Below are positions 7,676-11,583 of a stretch of DNA of 11,583 nt, piece by piece. This DNA comes from a virus (taxonomy: Duplodnaviria > Heunggongvirae > Uroviricota > Caudoviricetes), in the IMG/VR virus record IMGVR_UViG_3300044846_001093, positions 64,001 to 75,583 of that record. One strand, written 5' to 3'. Under the pieces are notes generated by a model. The model was not told the origin of the DNA. It was given only the letters and a program-made list of their open reading frames with translations, and did not search any database. The position numbers were made by a program, and so were the translations under genes. Numbering within the stretch: position 1 is the first letter of the stretch; each line of letters begins with the position of its first letter.

Positions 7676-9001
7676 CTACTTTTTATTATTTAGTATCCAA
7701 CGGGCATCAATATCATCAGTTTCAGTAATATATTTTGCTTTTTTTGTTGTGCCGTCTGTCAGCGGTATCAATTCGTTTTCCGAACATTTGATTTTAGTGT
7801 CACCAAACTCAAAAAGTAGTTCACCTTCTAGTGGATGTGAGTCCGTAAGGTGACGAATCTGTTCACGAGTTTCAACATCTGTGCCACCATGCACAAAGAA
7901 TACCTTACGATCTTTCTTCTCAGCGTCAATCAGTCGCATCAATTCTTTGCCGTGTTTTTCAACCAACTGAAACAAAATCAGTGAGTTGCCTTTCAGCGAC
8001 AGTGCTAGATTCTTGATGAATGCATTTCGCTGTGGACACTTTACCAAGTAATCTATCTCAGCTTGATAGTCCCAACCACGACTCAGTTTACACACTTCAT
8101 CTGAGTATTTCAGAACTAGACATTTAATTTTCAATGATGATACTTGATCATTGTCCATCAATTCTTTTGTTGTAATCACCTTCAGTACAGGACCAAACAG
8201 ACCCTCCAAGACTAGCTTATGTGTCTGTGTGCCATCCAATGTGCCTGTACAACCTATGCGATATTCTGTGTTCTCCAGATTTGACATGATAGTTGACAAG
8301 GACTTTGCTTTGAAGTCGTGTGCTTCATCGCCTAGAACAAAATCAAACTGTTCAAAATATTCTTTAGGTAAATTGTATATTGATTGCCATGTGGTGATGG
8401 TCAAAAACTTATCTGTGCTTTTGTCTTTGCCTGCATACTGTCTGTGACAGTATTGATCAGAGTCATAACCATATGATTTGAAATCAGAAAACATCTGTTC
8501 AGCAAGCGATGTTCTCGGAACAATTAGCAGTCCCTTCTTGCAATTCTGTTGAATGTGGCGTATAATCAGATACAGAATGAAAGACTTGCCACTTGATGTT
8601 GGAGATAGAAGTAAGGCTCTTTTGTTACGTATTGCATGAACGAACGCATCAATCTGGTAGTCGCGCTGTTCTAAATGCTCTGGAATGCCCAGAGTCTCAA
8701 TGAAGTCTTTTGCTTCTTTGATTGAGAAATTTTCTAATGCGTCTATTGACTTGTCGTACACGACGGTGTACTCTCGGTCATCACAAAATTTTTGAATGTA
8801 TGGAATTAGCCCATAGTAAATTGTGTTGTCTTTGATTGAGTAGAGTCTGATAAAACCGTCCCAAAGTTTGTTCTTGAATGCTGGAACAAACTGATATCCC
8901 GGAACTCGGAATGAAAAATGTTGACTCAATTCCTGAGCTAAGTCTCTATCACATTCAACCTTCACAAAAGCGTCATTCAGCTTGTGTATTATCAATTTCA
9001 T
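7676..9001 (-). CDS. uvsW: UvsW helicase N-terminal piece (motifs I-IV) with a 55-aa foreign C-terminal tail
   Basis: RDYQ, SPTSSGKS (I), VPRTSL (Ia), DEAH (II), TGT (III), LILFQLVEKHG (IV), VHGGTDVETREQIR. Helicase similarity stops at about 7844. Confidence 0.93.
   Translation of the reverse strand: MKLIIHKLNDAFVKVECDRDLAQELSQHFSFRVPGYQFVPAFKNKLWDGFIRLYSIKDNTIYYGLIPYIQKFCDDREYTVVYDKSIDALENFSIKEAKDFIETLGIPEHLEQRDYQIDAFVHAIRNKRALLLSPTSSGKSFILYLIIRHIQQNCKKGLLIVPRTSLAEQMFSDFKSYGYDSDQYCHRQYAGKDKSTDKFLTITTWQSIYNLPKEYFEQFDFVLGDEAHDFKAKSLSTIMSNLENTEYRIGCTGTLDGTQTHKLVLEGLFGPVLKVITTKELMDNDQVSSLKIKCLVLKYSDEVCKLSRGWDYQAEIDYLVKCPQRNAFIKNLALSLKGNSLILFQLVEKHGKELMRLIDAEKKDRKVFFVHGGTDVETREQIRHLTDSHPLEGELLFEFGDTKIKCSENELIPLTDGTTKKAKYITETDDIDARWILNNKK
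7679..7843 (-). other. Putative degenerate Hint (intein-like) segment fused to the UvsW N-piece
   Basis: LLFEFGDTKIKCSENELIPLTDGTTKKAKYITETDDI follows the Hint pattern (Y/F)xIxLEDGxxIxCTxxHxFxTxxGxxxAxxLxxGDxI, but the block-B His position is Glu. Recognised by eye only. Confidence 0.45.
7687..7694 (-). promoter_or_regulatory. Possible variant late promoter (ACTAAATA) for the intra-uvsW endonuclease
   Basis: ACTAAATA on the minus strand, about 27 nt upstream of the endonuclease ATG, inside the tail coding sequence; 6/8 match to TATAAATA. Confidence 0.4.
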
Positions 9002-9677
9002 TTTTTACCCATCTATGTATAGTTTTGTGGGATACACCAAAGTGTGTTATTGCATCACCTATGCTAGGGAATTGTATTCCGCGCACAACAATCTTCTTTT
9101 TTCGGGAATTACTAATTTTATTACGAACCTCAAGTCTTTTTGATGAATTTGCTTCACCTCTAACGCCACATTTGCTGTGATCCCTATTATTCATCTTTCC
9201 ATCATCCCATGCTTTTTTGATGGCAGCACCTCTCTTTTTCAAATCGCACTTTTTTCCAAACTCTCGTTGTTTTTCTCTATCATTGAAAATGCAATTTGAT
9301 CTACCCAATTTCCATCCAACAGGAACATCTTCATCTCTATTGATGTATTTGTCTTTTTGGCCATCCGTTATCCATTTTTTATTAGATACTGTATCGCCTC
9401 CATCACCCTCTTCAATTTTCAGATTTGCCCAGGAGTCAGAATTTACAACATCATATTCTAAACTTTTTTCTATGGCAATTTTTTTGAACTGCTCAAAGTT
9501 ATCGGATTCAAAAATCAGTTCTGTTGTTATATCATTTCCATACTTTTTCAAATGCGATTTCCATAATTTGCCTGATCCTTTATATGAATCATATTTTTCG
9601 CCATCAGATTTCGTGTAACAGAGGTATTTCAGTTTTGTGATCTTATGTGTTTTGATCATCAATTTGTGTGTTTGCAT
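8973..9677 (-). mobile_element. Divergent GIY-YIG-type homing endonuclease with C-terminal HTH (NUMOD1-like) between uvsY and uvsW
   Basis: KLMIKTHKITKLKYLCYT...YKGSG..WK.HLKKYG...WANL..E.GDGG; C-terminal F.SI.DA..HFGVSHKTI.RW; AAGGAG RBS; own late promoter. Confidence 0.8.
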
Positions 9678-9693
9678 AGTGATCTCCTTCAGT

Positions 9694-9701
9694 TATTTAT
9701 A
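9694..9701 (-). promoter_or_regulatory. T4-type late promoter TATAAATA
   Basis: Exact TATAAATA, intergenic, just upstream of the AAGGAG RBS and the ATG at 9677. Confidence 0.85.
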
Positions 9702-9722
9702 AAATAACCAAATTCAACCATC

Positions 9723-10157
9723 TTATACACCCTGTATGAATCGCTCCCAGTCAATTAGAGATTTTAGTTGGAACGTTCTACTATGTAGTTCTTTCAAAAC
9801 AGACTCACAGTAACTAATGATCTGCTCATTCATTCGTCTAGCTGCAAGATACTTGTTCATGTCCTCATCAGCATCCATGTAAGTTGCGATATCAGACTTC
9901 AATACAAATGGAAATGGTTCCCATCCATGTCTCTTCAAGTCTTCATTAGTCATCTTACCTGTGTAGTATTCCCACTTGATTTTCTTCATGCGGTTGTACT
10001 TGAACTCCAAGTCCTGAAGCTGATACTTATGGTGTGATAATATGTTTAGGTACTTTGCGTGAAGTTTAGGTATGTCTAACATTGCTTTGCCAGGTTCTGT
10101 CCTGTCAACGTTGGCATCTTTTATCCACTCATTCATAATTTCGTCAAGTTTGCTCAT
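9723..10157 (-). CDS. uvsY: UvsY recombination mediator
   Basis: IPKLHAKYL, KWEYYTGK, PFVLKSDI..YMDADED, R.FQLKS.IDW.RF..G; AGGAG RBS; gp3-uvsY-uvsW synteny. Confidence 0.92.
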   Translation of the reverse strand: MSKLDEIMNEWIKDANVDRTEPGKAMLDIPKLHAKYLNILSHHKYQLQDLEFKYNRMKKIKWEYYTGKMTNEDLKRHGWEPFPFVLKSDIATYMDADEDMNKYLAARRMNEQIISYCESVLKELHSRTFQLKSLIDWERFIQGV

Positions 10158-10186
10158 AATAATCTCCTAACTGGAGTCTACACTAA

Positions 10187-10723
10187 TTAGGTTATTTTTT
10201 CAATGTTATAGTAGGTAAATCTGATGGACACATCAGCCGTCAGTACGTTGTCTGGTGTATCTTGTGAAGACAACACAAAAGATGATAGTGACGTTGGGAA
10301 TGCATCAAAGAATTTGAATCTGACAATAGGCGTATATGATGATGAATACACTGTCAACGTTGCATCGGAGAACTGTGGTTGTGGCTTATCTGCATACTTG
10401 TTTAGTTTAGATAAGTTTTTATAGTCTTCATATTTTTCTGGAAAAGTCATGCCTCTGATCCAGTCGTGTATCTCTAGCCAAGAGGACATCTTTTCATCTA
10501 TGGCAAAAGTCACGTTCATGATATCGTATATTGCTTTTTCACCTGGCGAATACATTTCAACAAATGGTGTAACGATTGGAATCTCGCCCAAAGAAATGCC
10601 AGGAACCGAGACTGCTTGGCAAAAGAATTGCAAATTAGGAACTCTACTGAACGTCAAGTGGAACTTGTTCGGGTGTAGAAAGTTCTGATTGTCCGGTGTG
10701 TTTGATAGTGCTATACTTGTCAT
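10187..10723 (-). CDS. 3: gp3-like tail tube terminator / tail completion protein
   Basis: NQNFLHPNKF, FFCQAVSVPGISLG, FAIDE.M..W.EI.DW, SDATL, F.DAFPTSLS, F.YY; position between gp23 and uvsY. Confidence 0.85.
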   Translation of the reverse strand: MTSIALSNTPDNQNFLHPNKFHLTFSRVPNLQFFCQAVSVPGISLGEIPIVTPFVEMYSPGEKAIYDIMNVTFAIDEKMSSWLEIHDWIRGMTFPEKYEDYKNLSKLNKYADKPQPQFSDATLTVYSSSYTPIVRFKFFDAFPTSLSSFVLSSQDTPDNVLTADVSIRFTYYNIEKIT

Positions 10724-10728
10724 GATAC

Positions 10729-10736
10729 TATTTATA
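10729..10736 (-). promoter_or_regulatory. T4-type late promoter TATAAATA overlapping the HNH stop codon, 5 nt before the gp3 ATG
   Basis: Minus strand reads GTA TAA ATA GTATC ATG. Confidence 0.85.
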
Positions 10737-11283
10737 CAATCTTTTTACATGTCCAGCCTTTGATGTGACTTCTGGACATATTGCCTTGATCAAATCCATT
10801 CTCCCTACAAAACTTAGTCAAGTTAGTTACTTCAAATGATACACCCTCTGGATTGGTCATTTGATATTTCTTCTGTCTGGTCTCAGCAACTCTTTGTTTT
10901 TGATATTCAGTATTCTTTTTACCCCAACGCCTTGTTTTTTGAACATGTTCTGGTGTAAGTTTTTTGCCTTTTTTGGCTAAACTCATTTTTTGTTTAGATT
11001 CTTCTGAGTATTTGAAAGTCTTCCTGAATGCACTGATCTTTTCTCCGAAACCATCCGGCTTCTTGACTCCTTTCTGCGACATAGCGATCTGTCTTAGAAT
11101 TTCGTCTTTTCCTATTTGACCAGTTAGTCCTAGCCAAGCCCAGCGATCCTCATCTCTGCCGTTTGTCTCATACAATATTCTATGAGCTTCCGCATGTTCC
11201 TCTATTGTCAACTCTATCAAATTTGATGGATCATCTGAGCCACCGGCATGCCTTGGTACTATATGGTGTTTATGTTTTATCAT
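10732..11283 (-). mobile_element. Free-standing HNH homing endonuclease (MobE-like N-terminus) with NUMOD3-like repeats
   Basis: HHIVPRHAGGSDDPSNLIELTIEEHAEAH; SEESKQKMSLAKKGKKLTPEH; inserted between gp23 and gp3. Confidence 0.9.
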
Positions 11284-11315
11284 CTTATAATTTGTTTTAG
11301 TTTACGAATTATATG

Positions 11316-11323
11316 TATTTATA
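11316..11323 (-). promoter_or_regulatory. T4-type late promoter TATAAATA upstream of the HNH gene
   Basis: Exact match immediately downstream of the gp23 terminator. Confidence 0.85.
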
Positions 11324-11324
11324 C

Positions 11325-11353
11325 AACAAAAAGAGGGAACCGAAGTTCCCTCT
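11325..11353 (-). terminator. Rho-independent terminator after gp23 with C(UUCG)G tetraloop
   Basis: AGAGGGAAC-TTCG-GTTCCCTCT perfect 9-bp stem followed by a T-rich tract. Confidence 0.93.
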
Positions 11354-11395
11354 AAAATATCTCTCTTTATGGAGATTTATTTCCTTACATAATGC

Positions 11396-11583
11396 TTACA
11401 TTATGTTGACGATTTTAAATGCGCGATAGTAGTTGTTCTTACCTGCGTTCAAGTTGCCTGCGCCTTGCGCTGTACCTTCAGCGAATGGGTTAGCAACTAG
11501 ACCGTAACGAGTCTTGAAGCCAATTTTTGGCTGGAAGGTGTTAGTGTCAACTGCGCGAACCATTTGCAAAGGAACGTATGGGC
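11396..11583 (-). CDS. 23: gp23 major capsid protein, C-terminal 61 aa (partial)
   Basis: Manual translation: PYVPLQMVRAVDTNTFQPKIGFKTRYGLVANPFAEG...NNYYRAFKIVNIM*. Not in the supplied ORF track. Confidence 0.96.
   Translation of the reverse strand, partial: PYVPLQMVRAVDTNTFQPKIGFKTRYGLVANPFAEGTAQGAGNLNAGKNNYYRAFKIVNIM

Larger units (their letters stand above)
10729..11326. repeat. 11-bp direct repeat TTGTATAAATA (minus strand) at 10729-10739 and 11316-11326 bracketing the HNH gene
   Basis: Both plus-strand copies read tatttatacaa exactly. Confidence 0.7.

Noticed and set aside
7679-7843. Functional split intein (protein trans-splicing)
   Set aside because: No recognisable complete block A, the block-B His is absent, and the C-piece lacks blocks F/G and the terminal Asn/Gln.
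6955-7848. Gene 60-style translational bypass between matching ACG codons
   Set aside because: The gap is 889 nt versus 50 nt in T4 gene 60, there is no stop codon right after the take-off codon, and the C-piece has its own RBS and ATG.
6955-7850. Group I intron interrupting uvsW
   Set aside because: No room for a catalytic core: the insert is fully occupied by the in-frame tail and the endonuclease, whose end overlaps the restart ATG. No P7 R/S elements (only a partial AAGTAGTC) and no U-ending exon with an internal guide were found. RT-PCR would be the definitive test.
7664-10180. Shared 9-mer GACTCCAGT near the endonuclease RBS (7664-7672) and, inverted, upstream of uvsY; also a 4-bp CTCC/GGAG hairpin over the uvsY RBS
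   Set aside because: Short matches largely explained by GGAG Shine-Dalgarno content; too weak to call.
231-10688. All plus-strand ORFs in the track and the nested minus-strand ORFs 413-679, 755-1036 and 4457-4675
   Set aside because: They lie wholly or almost wholly within well-supported minus-strand genes, show no recognisable motifs and have shadow-ORF composition.
1-11583. tRNA, rRNA, CRISPR array or IS element
   Set aside because: Intergenic gaps are all under about 115 nt and are accounted for by promoters or terminators; no cloverleaf, repeat-spacer array or transposase was seen.

Overview
Segment of a T4-like (Tevenvirinae/cyanomyophage-type gene order) bacteriophage genome with every credible gene on the minus strand. 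In transcription order (right to left): 3' end of major capsid gp23, UUCG terminator, HNH homing endonuclease, gp3-like tail completion protein, uvsY, divergent GIY-YIG endonuclease, uvsW helicase in two pieces around a second Seg-like GIY-YIG endonuclease, conserved hypothetical (possibly Sm-like), late sigma factor gp55, cytidylyltransferase, gp47, gp46, small hypothetical, peptide deformylase, hypothetical, TAGT-like GT-A glycosyltransferase, then a consensus sigma70 promoter and the start of an HExxH peptidase-like gene. The main anomaly is the fractured uvsW. The N-piece ends in a 55-aa non-helicase tail that by eye resembles a catalytically dead half of an intein Hint domain. The C-piece has its own RBS and ATG inside the endonuclease 3' end and needs a +1 shift at a T5 run to give a continuous helicase. 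There is also a perfect TTGACA/TATAAT promoter pointing antisense, upstream of gp55. All family assignments are by motif recognition; no database searches were run.
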